From a virus, in IMG/VR virus record IMGVR_UViG_3300032240_001151, positions 1-64,000 of that record: a DNA stretch of 64,000 bases. The stretch is one strand, 5' to 3'. This document shows positions 50,315-61,192 of this stretch, in pieces. The notes under the pieces are model-generated. The model was given only the letters and a program-made list of their open reading frames with translations. It was not told the origin of the DNA and ran no database searches. Both the position numbers and the translations under genes were made by a program. Each line of letters starts with the position of its first letter. Positions within the stretch are counted from its first letter, which is position 1.

Positions 50315-53080
50315 ATGGCAAACAAAAACAAAGAGATTCAAGATCTTATTAAAAAAATTTTAAGAGAAGAGCTAAGCAATATAAAAAAAAGTCATGGTTC
50401 GTGGGAATATCAAGTAGGAGAATGGTTTATTAATCATTATCCAGATATAGCAGAAAAAATGGCGAAGCCGTATGATCAGGATTTAGGCCAATATGCTAAA
50501 GAAATAGGCACCAGAGTAATTTTCTTGGCTGCAGCGGCAACAGGAGTATTAGGAGTTGGGGCAATTACGGCTTATGATGCAATTAAAAGAAAACTAAAAG
50601 AAGCACATCTAGACAGCTCAATAATGGGTCTGATACAAGATAAAATGAAAGACCCAAAAGTTGCTCAAATGGTTTTAAATAAAGCAAAACAAATAACAGG
50701 CAAGTCGCCAGAAGAACTAATCAAAGATCTACAAGGATCATTAAAAGAAGGAGAGTGGGAAGAAAAGAATAAACCAGAAACTTCTAAAACTTGGGAAAAG
50801 TTAAAATATGTAATGGGCCAGTTAGGTTCTTACAAGGTTAACGGAAAGATGTTTGGAAAAAAGAAAGAACTAGCCGCAGCAGAAGCAAGAATAGAGGCTA
50901 TTATTAATAAAGAAAGTAATAAGTTTATAAAAGATCTAGACACTCTTATTAAACAAACAAATAAGGAATTTCCAAATAACTTAAAAGCAGCTGATTTTTT
51001 AAGTATTGTTTTAAGCATATCTGCTTGTTATGATTCTATAGTTGATGCTACAAAAAAAGAAAATCTACCTATTGATGCTGCCAATGCTATAATCAATGAT
51101 TTAAGAGAGTATGTTAAATACATTCTAGATGCAAAATTAGCAGCAGCTTACTCAACTGTAGATGAGTCTAAAGATGGAATAACAGAAGAAGAGTATAAAA
51201 ACATAGACGAAGCTTTTGGGTTAAATGAAGACCAAGCCGCAGACGTTAGAGCTCAGTTTGCAGCTAACAGAGCCGCAAGAAGCGGAGAAGAAGATAAAGC
51301 AGACTTTAAGAGTACCAAAATGGACACTCTTAAATCTAATAAACTACCAATGACTTTGTTGGGAGTTGGATCTGCATTAGGAGGATTTAGTTGGTTAGTA
51401 AACACAGAATGGTTTAAACACTTGTTTGATATAATAACTCCTGGGCATTGGACTCAAGACTTAGCTACAGAGTCAAAAGTACTGACCGATATCAAACCTG
51501 GAGAAGGCGTGTATAAATTACTTGGAAGAGTAACACAGCATAAATTAGATGGTAATTCAAGCCCTACCGAATTTGTTAATTCTTTGAAGCAAATTGGTGG
51601 CGGAGATGCTAATAAAGGAGTAGATCTTCTTTGTCAGAAAGGTGGTGTAATGATGAAGCCGGAAGAGGCTTCTAAAGGTCTTCATGAGTTCTTAAAAAAT
51701 CCAAGTAAGTATAAGAACATGAATGACTTGTTTCATGGATCAGCATCGGGAACAGGAAAATTGGTACCTACAAATACTACTTTATATGGTACAATAGCTG
51801 GTAAACAAATGGTTTCAATACTGACTAAAGTTATCCCTAAAGTATTTGTTAGAGGATCTATAAAAACAGGAGCTGGATATGCCATAGCTAAAGGATTAGG
51901 AGCTATATTAGGTCCTATAGGTGTTGGATTGCTTGGAGCGGGGGCTTTGGTTAAAATCATGAGGATTAAAGGTCAAAAAACATCTAGGGCAGCTACTTTA
52001 AATGCACTTTATCAATCTTTAAGAAATATTCCTGGAGGCACTGTAATAGAGCCTGAAGGAGAAGTAGACACTAAAATACAAGTAGAACCCTCTCCAATAA
52101 ACCCAGGTCCTATAGATACTGCAACAGATAAAGGAACAAAAGAAAAAGGTAAAGGAGCTGGGGTATCTGCTAAAGAACCTAAAGGAGATAATGATGATTT
52201 GTACAATACATTAAAGAATGTATTTAAGTATATTGTTAATAGCAGAGATATGCTGGGAACAAGATCTGCAGATAATGTTGGAACTGGAGCAGCTACTAGG
52301 AGAGCTAAAGAAAAAGGAGAAAAACCATCATCCGAGCCTACTAATAAGCCATCTGTAACAGTTCCTGAAGGACCAACAATTAAAAAAGGAAGTGAGTTTA
52401 AAATTACAGGACGTAATGGAAGAACAGCTGCGATTAGAGTAGTTAGTGTAAAAAAAGATGGTACAGTAGAAGTAGAGAGAACAGATGGGGGTAAAATTAA
52501 AAGTCCTATGATAGCTAAGGATACATTAGTAAAAATGTATAAGTTAGCTCAAAAGAAAACCCTATCAGAAGGTAAATATATAACTGATAATGAAGTTTTA
52601 AATTATTTAGAAAAGAAACTATCTTATGATAAATTAAAATCATTTGAAAATTTAATCAAAAGAATAGAGCAACTTAGAAATAAAATTAGAAACGCAAAAC
52701 AATCAAAAGATAAAGATTTTAATAGATTGGTAGATAAGTTTAAAGCTAATCCAATCATGGCTACTGATTTTCAAAGTTTGTTTGATGTATCGTCAGCCAA
52801 TGAAAAAGATATGGCATCTTTAAAAGCTTTGATAGACGATATTTTTGTAACAGTGTACTCAGGTAAGTTTGGAAGAGGAAACTTGATAGATAAGATGGCA
52901 AGTACTGCTGGAGGAAGTATAAATTCTATAAAAGAAAAGTACTATGGTGCTGATGATCCAAACAAATCTTTTGAAAAAGATGCACAATCAAGAGATAGAT
53001 TAAAAAATAATTTAATAAACTTTTTACAAGACGCTATTAGGTTGTTTCAGCATATGTACAGTAGAAGAAGAAACGGATAA
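50315..53080 (+). CDS. large hypothetical protein with hydrophobic Gly-rich helices (possible ejection protein)
   Basis: 921 aa; three Gly/Ala-rich hydrophobic segments; ATATTTAT at 50287. Confidence 0.7.
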   Translation: MANKNKEIQDLIKKILREELSNIKKSHGSWEYQVGEWFINHYPDIAEKMAKPYDQDLGQYAKEIGTRVIFLAAAATGVLGVGAITAYDAIKRKLKEAHLDSSIMGLIQDKMKDPKVAQMVLNKAKQITGKSPEELIKDLQGSLKEGEWEEKNKPETSKTWEKLKYVMGQLGSYKVNGKMFGKKKELAAAEARIEAIINKESNKFIKDLDTLIKQTNKEFPNNLKAADFLSIVLSISACYDSIVDATKKENLPIDAANAIINDLREYVKYILDAKLAAAYSTVDESKDGITEEEYKNIDEAFGLNEDQAADVRAQFAANRAARSGEEDKADFKSTKMDTLKSNKLPMTLLGVGSALGGFSWLVNTEWFKHLFDIITPGHWTQDLATESKVLTDIKPGEGVYKLLGRVTQHKLDGNSSPTEFVNSLKQIGGGDANKGVDLLCQKGGVMMKPEEASKGLHEFLKNPSKYKNMNDLFHGSASGTGKLVPTNTTLYGTIAGKQMVSILTKVIPKVFVRGSIKTGAGYAIAKGLGAILGPIGVGLLGAGALVKIMRIKGQKTSRAATLNALYQSLRNIPGGTVIEPEGEVDTKIQVEPSPINPGPIDTATDKGTKEKGKGAGVSAKEPKGDNDDLYNTLKNVFKYIVNSRDMLGTRSADNVGTGAATRRAKEKGEKPSSEPTNKPSVTVPEGPTIKKGSEFKITGRNGRTAAIRVVSVKKDGTVEVERTDGGKIKSPMIAKDTLVKMYKLAQKKTLSEGKYITDNEVLNYLEKKLSYDKLKSFENLIKRIEQLRNKIRNAKQSKDKDFNRLVDKFKANPIMATDFQSLFDVSSANEKDMASLKALIDDIFVTVYSGKFGRGNLIDKMASTAGGSINSIKEKYYGADDPNKSFEKDAQSRDRLKNNLINFLQDAIRLFQHMYSRRRNG

Positions 53081-53083
53081 TCT

Positions 53084-53347
53084 ATGCAGGATAGACCTTA
53101 CATAGAAACATATAGTGAAGGTTGGTATGAAAGGGTTTTTAAAGCTGATGTTGACTCTGGGGAATTAAGGTGGCATAGGGATAGAGAGGATCGTGTAATT
53201 GAACCCATAGAACCAACCGATTGGTTTTTTCAGAAAGACGGAGGACTTCCTATGAAAATAGAAGGTCAGATTCACATACCAATGGGAGAGTGGCATAGGG
53301 CTATAAAAGGTACAGGAGATTTAAAAATAAAAATAAAAAAACTATAG
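53084..53347 (+). CDS. cupin-like protein
   Basis: WHRDREDR...WHR.IKG. Confidence 0.6.
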   Translation: MQDRPYIETYSEGWYERVFKADVDSGELRWHRDREDRVIEPIEPTDWFFQKDGGLPMKIEGQIHIPMGEWHRAIKGTGDLKIKIKKL

Positions 53348-53349
53348 TT

Positions 53350-53928
53350 ATGTCAGATACAAAATTAAAGAAAGAGTTCAAAGAAAGGGACGTTCAACGT
53401 CTCCGAAACATTATCACAAAAAAATATGGTAATGCCACTGGAATTCAAGTTGGTTATGAAAAACAAACAGAGGATAGGCTAGAAGGAGATGTGTGGGAAG
53501 AAAATGGTAAGACATGGACTATAAAAGATGGTCTAAAGCAAACCGTTACTAAACTAGATGAAATAAAAAAGGCAACAAGGATGCCTTTATTATGCCCAAA
53601 CTGTTCTCAGCCAATGAAAACATCTTTAGATAAAAGGATGTACCCAATTCATAAAACTTGTTTTAACTGTGTTGTTAGCATAGAAACTAAGTTGAAGATG
53701 GAAGGTAAATACGAAGATTATGCTAGAAATATGGTTACTAAAAATATAGTAACACACATAGAAGAAGCAGAACAGTTTATAGAAGAGTTTGCTAGGAATA
53801 CTGTAAAAGAAACCTACGTAACTGAACAAGGGGATGTAGAACAGTGGGAAGGGGGTGTAGATAAAGAGAATTTAATAGAAAAATGGAAAGAAGGCCTTAA
53901 AGAAATGAAAGAAAGGCTAGAAAGCTAA
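53350..53928 (+). CDS. Zn-finger hypothetical protein
   Basis: CPNC...CFNC. Confidence 0.7.
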   Translation: MSDTKLKKEFKERDVQRLRNIITKKYGNATGIQVGYEKQTEDRLEGDVWEENGKTWTIKDGLKQTVTKLDEIKKATRMPLLCPNCSQPMKTSLDKRMYPIHKTCFNCVVSIETKLKMEGKYEDYARNMVTKNIVTHIEEAEQFIEEFARNTVKETYVTEQGDVEQWEGGVDKENLIEKWKEGLKEMKERLES

Positions 53929-53954
53929 ATATTTATACATATAAATAAAATAAA

Positions 53955-54587
53955 ATGAAACTCTCTGAAATTTTTAAAGAAGCTTTATTGGAGGCTAAAA
54001 AGAAAAAACCGTCTGCTGGATTGTCAAAAAAAGAAAAATCAGCAGTAGCAAAGAAAGCTAAAGCAGGTAAAGATATAGGTAAAAAAGGAAAAGGATTTGA
54101 AAAATTAGCATCTAAAGCAGCTAAGGAATATGGTTCCAAAGAAAAAGGAGAAAAAGTAGCAGCTGCTGCTATGTGGAAAAACATTAAAAGAGTTAAAGAA
54201 GGCGCTGATGGAGAAGATCATGAAGTTTCTATGGCTAAAAATAGTCTAGAATCTATAATTAAATCTGCTGTAGATCTTGCAAAGAAACTAGGAGATGATG
54301 AAAGAAATATCCCAGGATGGATCCAAGATCATATTACTAATGCTGAAAATTACATAGATCAAGCAGCTCAAGGTTTTCATGAGCTAGGAGGACACGGTGA
54401 AGATGAAGAAGGTGGAGAAGATCAAGGTATGATTGAACCTGTAGATGAAAAAAAACTTACAAAAGCTGAAAAGGCTAAGAAGGAAGATATAATAAAAGCA
54501 ATGGCTAAGAAAGGTGGCGGTAAAGATAAAATGGGTCCAAAACAATATGCAATAGCTACTTCACAAGCTATAAAATCTGCGGAATAG
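53955..54587 (+). CDS. basic putative head-internal protein
   Basis: MKLSEIFKEALLEA leader; ATATTTAT at 53929. Confidence 0.7.
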   Translation: MKLSEIFKEALLEAKKKKPSAGLSKKEKSAVAKKAKAGKDIGKKGKGFEKLASKAAKEYGSKEKGEKVAAAAMWKNIKRVKEGADGEDHEVSMAKNSLESIIKSAVDLAKKLGDDERNIPGWIQDHITNAENYIDQAAQGFHELGGHGEDEEGGEDQGMIEPVDEKKLTKAEKAKKEDIIKAMAKKGGGKDKMGPKQYAIATSQAIKSAE

Positions 54588-55156
54588 TGAAACTACTAGA
54601 CATACTAAAAGAGTTAGCAAAAGAAGAAAGTCCCAAAGTAAAATGTAAAAATTGCGGATGGGAGTGGGAAGTAAGTGAAGGAGGGGAAGATCCTAACATA
54701 TGTCATAAGTGTGGAGAGGATATTAGATACCAAGTTATAACTGAAAAGTTATGTCCAAAGGGAAGGGCATATGCTGATAGAAGAATAGCTGCTGGAGAAA
54801 AACACTCTGCATATTTAATGGGAAGAGCTGTTCAAGTGTGTAACGGAGGAATAGGAAAAAAGAAAAAAGTAAAAAAAGAAGAAGCGGAAGAGCTAGAAGA
54901 GAGTTTACACAGCTGGTTTAATGAAGAAGAGTGGGTACGTATAGATACGGAAGGAAATATAACAGGTCCTTGTGGATCTATGAAAAAAGGTAAAGCAACT
55001 ACAAGATGCCTCCCTAAAGCAAAAGCAGAAAAGTTATCTAAAGCAGAAAGAGCTGCTACAGCAAAAAAGAAAGTGGCAGGGTCAAAAAAAGGAAAACAGT
55101 TTGTGTCAAATACAAAAAAAGCTAAGGTATCTTTTAAAAATAATAAGAGAAAGTAA
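54587..55156 (+). CDS. putative head-internal protein
   Basis: MKLLDILKE leader (GTG start); Zn ribbon; WFNEEEWV...CLPK module. Confidence 0.7.
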   Translation: MKLLDILKELAKEESPKVKCKNCGWEWEVSEGGEDPNICHKCGEDIRYQVITEKLCPKGRAYADRRIAAGEKHSAYLMGRAVQVCNGGIGKKKKVKKEEAEELEESLHSWFNEEEWVRIDTEGNITGPCGSMKKGKATTRCLPKAKAEKLSKAERAATAKKKVAGSKKGKQFVSNTKKAKVSFKNNKRK

Positions 55157-55767
55157 TGAATGGAGAGCTTATAATAGCCATAGTTACGGCTGTAACTACT
55201 TCAGTAGTGGGACCAATTGTAGTGCATTATGTACAACAGTGGACAGAAAAAAAGAAAAAAGATCCTCTAGCAGAGTCTATTGAAGTCAATCAAATGATAA
55301 CAAGTAAACTTGAACAAGTAAAGGTTGATAATAAGTGCGATAGAGTTTGGATGATTCAATTTCATAACGGAGGACATTTTTATCCTACAGGAAAATCAAT
55401 ACAAAAGTTTAGTATTGTATATGAAATATCTACAACTAATATCGTACAATGCCAAGGGCAGTTTCAGAATATACCGGTTAGTCTTTTTAGTAAATCTATA
55501 AATGCATTACATAAGGGAAGCACTATATCAATACCAGATACTTCTATAGCTGATAAACAATTTGAAGGATTTACATCAGTAGTTCCTACAGCTAATGTAA
55601 AAAGTACTTATGTATTCCCTCTTTATAATATTAAAAATGAGTTTATAGCTATAGTAGGTATAGATTATACCGAAAAGAAAAAAGAGCTAAATGAAAAACA
55701 ATTAGTAGATATAGATTTAGAGTTATCAACTATAGGTGGAGTACTGCATAATTATTTAACTGTATGA
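55156..55767 (+). CDS. putative holin (N-terminal TM + GAF-like domain, T4 T-like architecture)
   Basis: TM then DRVW..QFHNGG...IVGIDY. Confidence 0.5.
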   Translation: MNGELIIAIVTAVTTSVVGPIVVHYVQQWTEKKKKDPLAESIEVNQMITSKLEQVKVDNKCDRVWMIQFHNGGHFYPTGKSIQKFSIVYEISTTNIVQCQGQFQNIPVSLFSKSINALHKGSTISIPDTSIADKQFEGFTSVVPTANVKSTYVFPLYNIKNEFIAIVGIDYTEKKKELNEKQLVDIDLELSTIGGVLHNYLTV

Positions 55768-56030
55768 TAAAGATAGTAGATTTACTAAAAGAAGAGTATG
55801 GGGGCGGTGAGTATGTACTACCGAACAACCATAAAGCTGGCATGAAAGTTCCTAAGGGAGGGGCTTGCTGTGCTAATTGTCTATATTGGCATGAGGGTAC
55901 AGAAAAAGAACCTGGTCACTGCGGTAACGAACTTTATGAAAAATGGAGTGGTAAAAAAACAATACCACAAGATCCTTTAGAATATTGTACTGATTGGTGG
56001 GAACCAAAGAAAGCACAAAAGGCCAAGTAG
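55764..56030 (+). CDS. small Cys-rich protein
   Basis: MIKIVDLLKEE leader; CCANC...C...CTDWW. Confidence 0.65.
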   Translation: MIKIVDLLKEEYGGGEYVLPNNHKAGMKVPKGGACCANCLYWHEGTEKEPGHCGNELYEKWSGKKTIPQDPLEYCTDWWEPKKAQKAK

Positions 56031-56046
56031 GTAGATATTTATATAC

Positions 56047-56613
56047 ATGAAACTCAATTATTATCAAATATTTAGGGATAGATTAGTTGAAGAAGCTGAG
56101 ATTACTCCTGTAAAAACAGAGTCAAATCTAGAAAAGATACTATCTAAGTCCCCTAAAGTGACATCTGTATTGTTAAAACTTTTGACAACTCAAAAAAGTA
56201 AGAACGATACATCCCTAGATCAAATAAGGGATACAGTATCGGATATAAGATGTATAGCATATAAACCTACTACTTTTAGAGTCGTAATACCTAATGGCAA
56301 TTATTTTGATATAAAATATGATCCAACACCAGTAGAATTAAACTACGCAGAGGATTTTAATCCAGCAGACTCTTTTCAAGTGTTGGTAAGCGGTAAAAAA
56401 TACAGCATAGCCAATAAGTCAGAATATGAACAAGCTTTAGATTACATTAACATTCTTTTAAAGACTAAGCCAATAGCCAAGGAACCAGAACCAGGAGAAA
56501 CACCAGCCCCAGCTGGAGAAACACCTCCTGAAGGCGAAACTCCCCCAGAAGGAGAAGCCCCAGCCGGTGAAACCCCTCCTGAAGAAGAAACCCCAAAAGA
56601 ACCCGAAGCATAA
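56047..56613 (+). CDS. hypothetical protein with acidic PE-rich tail
   Basis: ATATTTAT at 56035; GETPPE repeats. Confidence 0.7.
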   Translation: MKLNYYQIFRDRLVEEAEITPVKTESNLEKILSKSPKVTSVLLKLLTTQKSKNDTSLDQIRDTVSDIRCIAYKPTTFRVVIPNGNYFDIKYDPTPVELNYAEDFNPADSFQVLVSGKKYSIANKSEYEQALDYINILLKTKPIAKEPEPGETPAPAGETPPEGETPPEGEAPAGETPPEEETPKEPEA

Positions 56614-57044
56614 TGGACTTAAAATATCAAAATATTAATCAAGACGTACAAGTATCTGGACAAAACATTGTTCCCTATTTACTTAATTTAGCCGAGTATA
56701 TTCAGAATTCTGGTATTAAAATAATGCCGTATCCTAAAGTTATAGTATCTTCAAATACAGAATATGCCACTGATCCTTTTGGTAAAACAGCTTACTACGA
56801 CCCATCTCAAAAATCAGTAACCCTATTTGTAGCTGGTAGACATATAAAAGATGTACTAAGAAGCTATGCACACGAGTTGATACACCACAATCAGAATCTT
56901 TCTGGTATGTTTGATCAAAGCCATATGAGTGCATTATCAGATCCTAGATACGCAGAAAAAGATAAACATCTTTTAAATATGGAAAAAGATGCTTACCTTA
57001 GAGGTAACATAGTATTTAGATTTTGGGAAGATTCAATAAAATAA
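56613..57044 (+). CDS. HExxH metallopeptidase-like protein
   Basis: LRSYAHELIHHNQ...EKDAY. Confidence 0.7.
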   Translation: MDLKYQNINQDVQVSGQNIVPYLLNLAEYIQNSGIKIMPYPKVIVSSNTEYATDPFGKTAYYDPSQKSVTLFVAGRHIKDVLRSYAHELIHHNQNLSGMFDQSHMSALSDPRYAEKDKHLLNMEKDAYLRGNIVFRFWEDSIK

Positions 57045-57045
57045 T

Positions 57046-57384
57046 ATGAAAAAAATTATTATAGCAGCGCTAATAGTATTAGGAGCCTTTTTAGTATTTC
57101 ATGAGTATAAAGGTCATAATATTGAAGGATCTCAAAAAATAATAGATAGTTTAAATGCAAAAATAAAAATAAAAGAAGATTCTATTGTTGTATTTCAAAA
57201 TCAAATTAGTATATTTGCATCTAAGGTAGCTGTAGCTGAAGAGAAAATAAAAGATAATCAGAGTAAAGTAAAAAAAATATATCAAACTTATGAAGTACAA
57301 ATTCAGACTATTGATAGCTATGATGTTTCTGAGCTTGAGCAGTTTTTCTCAGACAGATATAAAGATACAGAAAGTATTAAATAG
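57046..57384 (+). CDS. TM-anchored coiled-coil protein (spanin-like)
   Basis: N-terminal TM plus coiled coil; overlaps the next gene. Confidence 0.5.
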   Translation: MKKIIIAALIVLGAFLVFHEYKGHNIEGSQKIIDSLNAKIKIKEDSIVVFQNQISIFASKVAVAEEKIKDNQSKVKKIYQTYEVQIQTIDSYDVSELEQFFSDRYKDTESIK

Positions 57385-57709
57385 TGATAGCATAAAGCTA
57401 CATAAAGATATAGCTAAGAAAATAGTAAAAGATCTTATGTACTTAGACGTTCTTAAACAAGAACGTATTTTTCTTTTAGAGAATATAGATACTTTAAATA
57501 AAGAGAAGGATTATAAAGACTCTATAATAAAGTATAAAGACTATCAAATAAAAGAATATAAGTATATTATAGACATAGATGCATTAAAAGAAGCAAGATA
57601 CAGATCAACTGTGACTGTTCTTAATAACAAATTAAAAAAAGAAAAACTTGCCAGTAAAATATCTTTTGGGTTAATCGCAATAGCGGTAGGTTTTATACTC
57701 ATAAAATGA
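57290..57709 (+). CDS. signal peptide + coiled coil + C-terminal TM protein
   Basis: Overlaps 57046..57384 by ~95 nt. Confidence 0.55.
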   Translation: MKYKFRLLIAMMFLSLSSFSQTDIKIQKVLNSDSIKLHKDIAKKIVKDLMYLDVLKQERIFLLENIDTLNKEKDYKDSIIKYKDYQIKEYKYIIDIDALKEARYRSTVTVLNNKLKKEKLASKISFGLIAIAVGFILIK

Positions 57710-57710
57710 T

Positions 57711-59291
57711 ATGTCTGAAGAAAAATCTATAAAAGAGATAATTCGAGAAGAGTATCTCAAGTGTGCTAATGATCCAATATACTTCCTAAAAAAGTTTGTT
57801 TACATACAGACTAGTGAAGGTAGAATGTTATTCAATCCTTATGTATTCCAAGAAAAGTTATTATTTCTTCTTAATAAACACGATAGGACACTTATCCTCA
57901 AGTCAAGACAGCTTGGTATCACTACTCTTACTGCTGCATACGCTTTATGGTTAATGATCTTCAAAAAAGATCAATCTATATTAGCATTAGCCCCTACACA
58001 AGAAAAAGCTCGTAACATTGTAGATAAAGTAAGATTTGCTTACGCAAACTTACCTAGCTGGATTAAAGTGCAGTCTGTAGAGGATAATAAGCTAAGTCTT
58101 ATACTTGCTAACGGGTCTAAGATAAAAGCAGCTTCTGGAGCTTCGGAAAGTGCTAGGGGATACACTGCAAACGTATTAGTATTAGACGAAGCTGCCTTTA
58201 TAGAAAATGCAGAAGATTTATGGGGATCTGCACAACAAACTCTTGCGACTGGAGGTAGAGCTATAGTATTATCTACTCCTAATGGAGTTGGTCAATGGTT
58301 TCATCAACAATGGGTAGGCGCTGAATCTGAAGATAATAATTTTGTACCAGTAAGACTTCCTTGGAATGTCCACCCCGACAGAAATCAAAAATGGAGAGAA
58401 GATCAAGATAAAGAACTTGGTAAGAGGATGGCATCACAGGAGTGTGATTGTAACTTTATTTCCTCTGGAGATACGTATTTTGAGCCGGAAGACTTGGAAT
58501 ACTATACCGAAAGGACTAGAGATGCTATAGAACAAAGAGGTCCCCATAAAGATTATTGGATATGGGAATACCCAGACCCAAACAGGAATTACATGGTAAT
58601 AGTGGACACAGCTAAAGGAGACGGTTCCGATTCATCTGTAATACAAGTAATAGATGTATTCACTGGATCACAAGTAGCTGAGTATAGAGGGGACATGGAT
58701 ACAAAAAGCCTATCTAAATTTGCTGTGGCTATAGCTACGGAGTATAACAGTGCTTTGTTGATTGTAGAGAATACAGGACTAGGTCATGCAACCACTTCTG
58801 ATATACTAGAATTGAATTATAGTAATATATACTATTCCCCCAAAGGAGATACTTTAAACGTATCACAGTACATTACTCAGATGTATGACTATGATACTAG
58901 TAGAATGACTCCAGGATTCACCACGTCTACTAAAACTAGACCAGAAGTATTACTGGCATTTAAGCAGTATGTGAGAGATCATAGCATATCCATAAATTCT
59001 AGGAGGCTACTATCAGAAATGTCTACATTTATATGGAAGAATAGTAAACCACAAGCCCAATCAGGGTATCATGATGACTGTGTAATGGCATACGCTATAG
59101 GAATGTTTCTAAGAGACAGTGCAATCCACTATAAAAATAGAGGTATAGACATGCAAAGGGCGTTATTAAATAACATAACTAAGAGGTCTGGAATAGGACA
59201 AAATAATGCACCAAACCAAAGTCAATTTGACAATCCTTATAATATGAATGTAAATGGCCAGCAAGAAGATATAACCTGGTTAATACGTTAA
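57711..59291 (+). CDS. terL: terminase large subunit
   Basis: KSRQLGIT Walker A, VLDEAAF, LSTPNG, VDTAKG...D, HDD. Confidence 0.95.
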   Translation: MSEEKSIKEIIREEYLKCANDPIYFLKKFVYIQTSEGRMLFNPYVFQEKLLFLLNKHDRTLILKSRQLGITTLTAAYALWLMIFKKDQSILALAPTQEKARNIVDKVRFAYANLPSWIKVQSVEDNKLSLILANGSKIKAASGASESARGYTANVLVLDEAAFIENAEDLWGSAQQTLATGGRAIVLSTPNGVGQWFHQQWVGAESEDNNFVPVRLPWNVHPDRNQKWREDQDKELGKRMASQECDCNFISSGDTYFEPEDLEYYTERTRDAIEQRGPHKDYWIWEYPDPNRNYMVIVDTAKGDGSDSSVIQVIDVFTGSQVAEYRGDMDTKSLSKFAVAIATEYNSALLIVENTGLGHATTSDILELNYSNIYYSPKGDTLNVSQYITQMYDYDTSRMTPGFTTSTKTRPEVLLAFKQYVRDHSISINSRRLLSEMSTFIWKNSKPQAQSGYHDDCVMAYAIGMFLRDSAIHYKNRGIDMQRALLNNITKRSGIGQNNAPNQSQFDNPYNMNVNGQQEDITWLIR

Positions 59292-59335
59292 TATTTGATA
59301 TTTATATATAATAAAATCATAAATTTTTAATAATT

Positions 59336-61192
59336 ATGCCGGTAGATAAGTCACTTTTTCCTCGTTTAAAACGTTTATTCTCCACTGACGTTGTTGTAAG
59401 GAATGTTGGAGGTAAGCAACTGCGTGTAATGGACGTGGAGAGGATTCAATCTTTTGGCCAATTACAGACCAATTCTTTAGTAGACAGGTTCACAAGGCTA
59501 CATAAAGCCGGGCAAAGAATGCAGTTTAACCCAACGTTAAACTACCAGACTTTAAGGTTACAATTATATGCTGATTACGAGGCAATGGATACAGATGGTC
59601 TAGTAGCTTCAGTTTTGGATATACTTTGCGAGGAGGCTACACTGAAAGGAGATACAAACGAAGTATTAAAAATAAGGAGTTCAAACGAAAATATTCAAAA
59701 AATTCTATATAATCTATTTTATCAGGTATTAAACATAGAGTTTAATTTACCTATGTGGATTAGGTCTATGTGTAAATACGGAGATTTCTTTTTGAAATTA
59801 GACATTGCTGAAAAGTTTGGAGTATACAGTGTAAGACCGCTATCTGTATACGATATGATCCGTGAAGAAGGGCAGGATCCAAATAATCCTTCCTATATTA
59901 AGTTTGTTTATGATCCTGTAGCTGTAGCTGGTGGAACTACTGCTACTAAAAATAAAGAATCTTTTGAGAATTTTGAAATAGCCCACTTTAGACTGTTAAC
60001 TGACACTAACTATCTCCCCTTTGGTAGATCATATATAGAACCAGCTAGGAAATACTTTAAACAGTATATTCTTATGATGGATGCAATGTTATTGCATAGG
60101 ATTATGAGGGCTCCTGAAAAGAGGGTATTCTATATAAATGTGGGTAACATTCCTCCTAATGAAGTAAACGCTTTTGTACAACAGACTATAAACGGTATGA
60201 AAAAAACTCCGTTTGTAGATCAACAAACAGGTGATTATAACTTGAAGTTCAATGTACAAAACATGTTGGAGGACTTCTATATTCCTGTTAGACCTGGAGA
60301 CAATACCACTAAGATAGACACTACAAAAGGTCTAGAATATGCAGGTATAGAAGACGTTGAGTTTTTAAGAGATCTTATGTTAGGTTCTATGAAAGTACCT
60401 AAATCTTTCTTGAACTATTCAGATGAACTTAACGGCAAATCAACCATCAGTGCTCTAGACGTAAGGTTTAGCCGTACAGTAGAAAGAATACAAAGAATTA
60501 TTATTAGCGAGTTAGAAAAGATAGCAATTATACATTTGTATGTTCAGGGCTTTGAAGACGCGGATCTTCTTAATTTTAGTCTTGAATTAAACAACCCTTC
60601 TATAATCTATGAACAAGAAAAGATAGCCCTCCTTAAAGAGAAGGTAGATCTTGCTGGAAATATTATGGATAAGAAGTTGTTTTCTTCTGATTGGATTGGA
60701 GATAAGATATTCCAAATGTCTGAAGATCAAATTAATGAACAAAGAGATCTTATTGCTGAAGATGTTAAGAGAACATTTAGATACAATCAGATTGAGAATG
60801 AAGGAAATGATCCTTCTATATCTGGAGAATCTTACGGTACTCCTCATGATCTTGCCTCTGTGTATTCAGATGGGGGAAAGGAAAACCCTAACTTAGACGT
60901 ACCAGATGAGTACGATGAATTTGAAAAAAATCCAGTAGGAAGACCAAAAGAGAAAGCCTCTATATTTAAAACTGATAAGTCGGCTTTTGGAAGGGATCCA
61001 CTAGGTTCTAAAGGTATGAAACCAAGCACTCCTTTGGACAAAACTAGGACAGATAAGGTCAAACCATTTGCAATGGAATCGGCTCTAAAAGGACTAGAAG
61101 GTAAAAGAAAAAAGAAAATTGTTCTGTACGAACAAAAAGATCAAGAATCTGGTCTTTTAGATGAAAGTAACCTTATTAATCACGACATTTAG
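59336..61192 (+). CDS. portal protein (T4 gp20-like)
   Basis: RIMRAPEKRVFYINVGN.P; MLEDFYIP; IEDVEF. Confidence 0.93.
   Translation: MPVDKSLFPRLKRLFSTDVVVRNVGGKQLRVMDVERIQSFGQLQTNSLVDRFTRLHKAGQRMQFNPTLNYQTLRLQLYADYEAMDTDGLVASVLDILCEEATLKGDTNEVLKIRSSNENIQKILYNLFYQVLNIEFNLPMWIRSMCKYGDFFLKLDIAEKFGVYSVRPLSVYDMIREEGQDPNNPSYIKFVYDPVAVAGGTTATKNKESFENFEIAHFRLLTDTNYLPFGRSYIEPARKYFKQYILMMDAMLLHRIMRAPEKRVFYINVGNIPPNEVNAFVQQTINGMKKTPFVDQQTGDYNLKFNVQNMLEDFYIPVRPGDNTTKIDTTKGLEYAGIEDVEFLRDLMLGSMKVPKSFLNYSDELNGKSTISALDVRFSRTVERIQRIIISELEKIAIIHLYVQGFEDADLLNFSLELNNPSIIYEQEKIALLKEKVDLAGNIMDKKLFSSDWIGDKIFQMSEDQINEQRDLIAEDVKRTFRYNQIENEGNDPSISGESYGTPHDLASVYSDGGKENPNLDVPDEYDEFEKNPVGRPKEKASIFKTDKSAFGRDPLGSKGMKPSTPLDKTRTDKVKPFAMESALKGLEGKRKKKIVLYEQKDQESGLLDESNLINHDI

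Noticed and set aside
57711-61192. Inteins or introns in TerL or portal
   Set aside because: Lengths are normal and no splice motifs are visible
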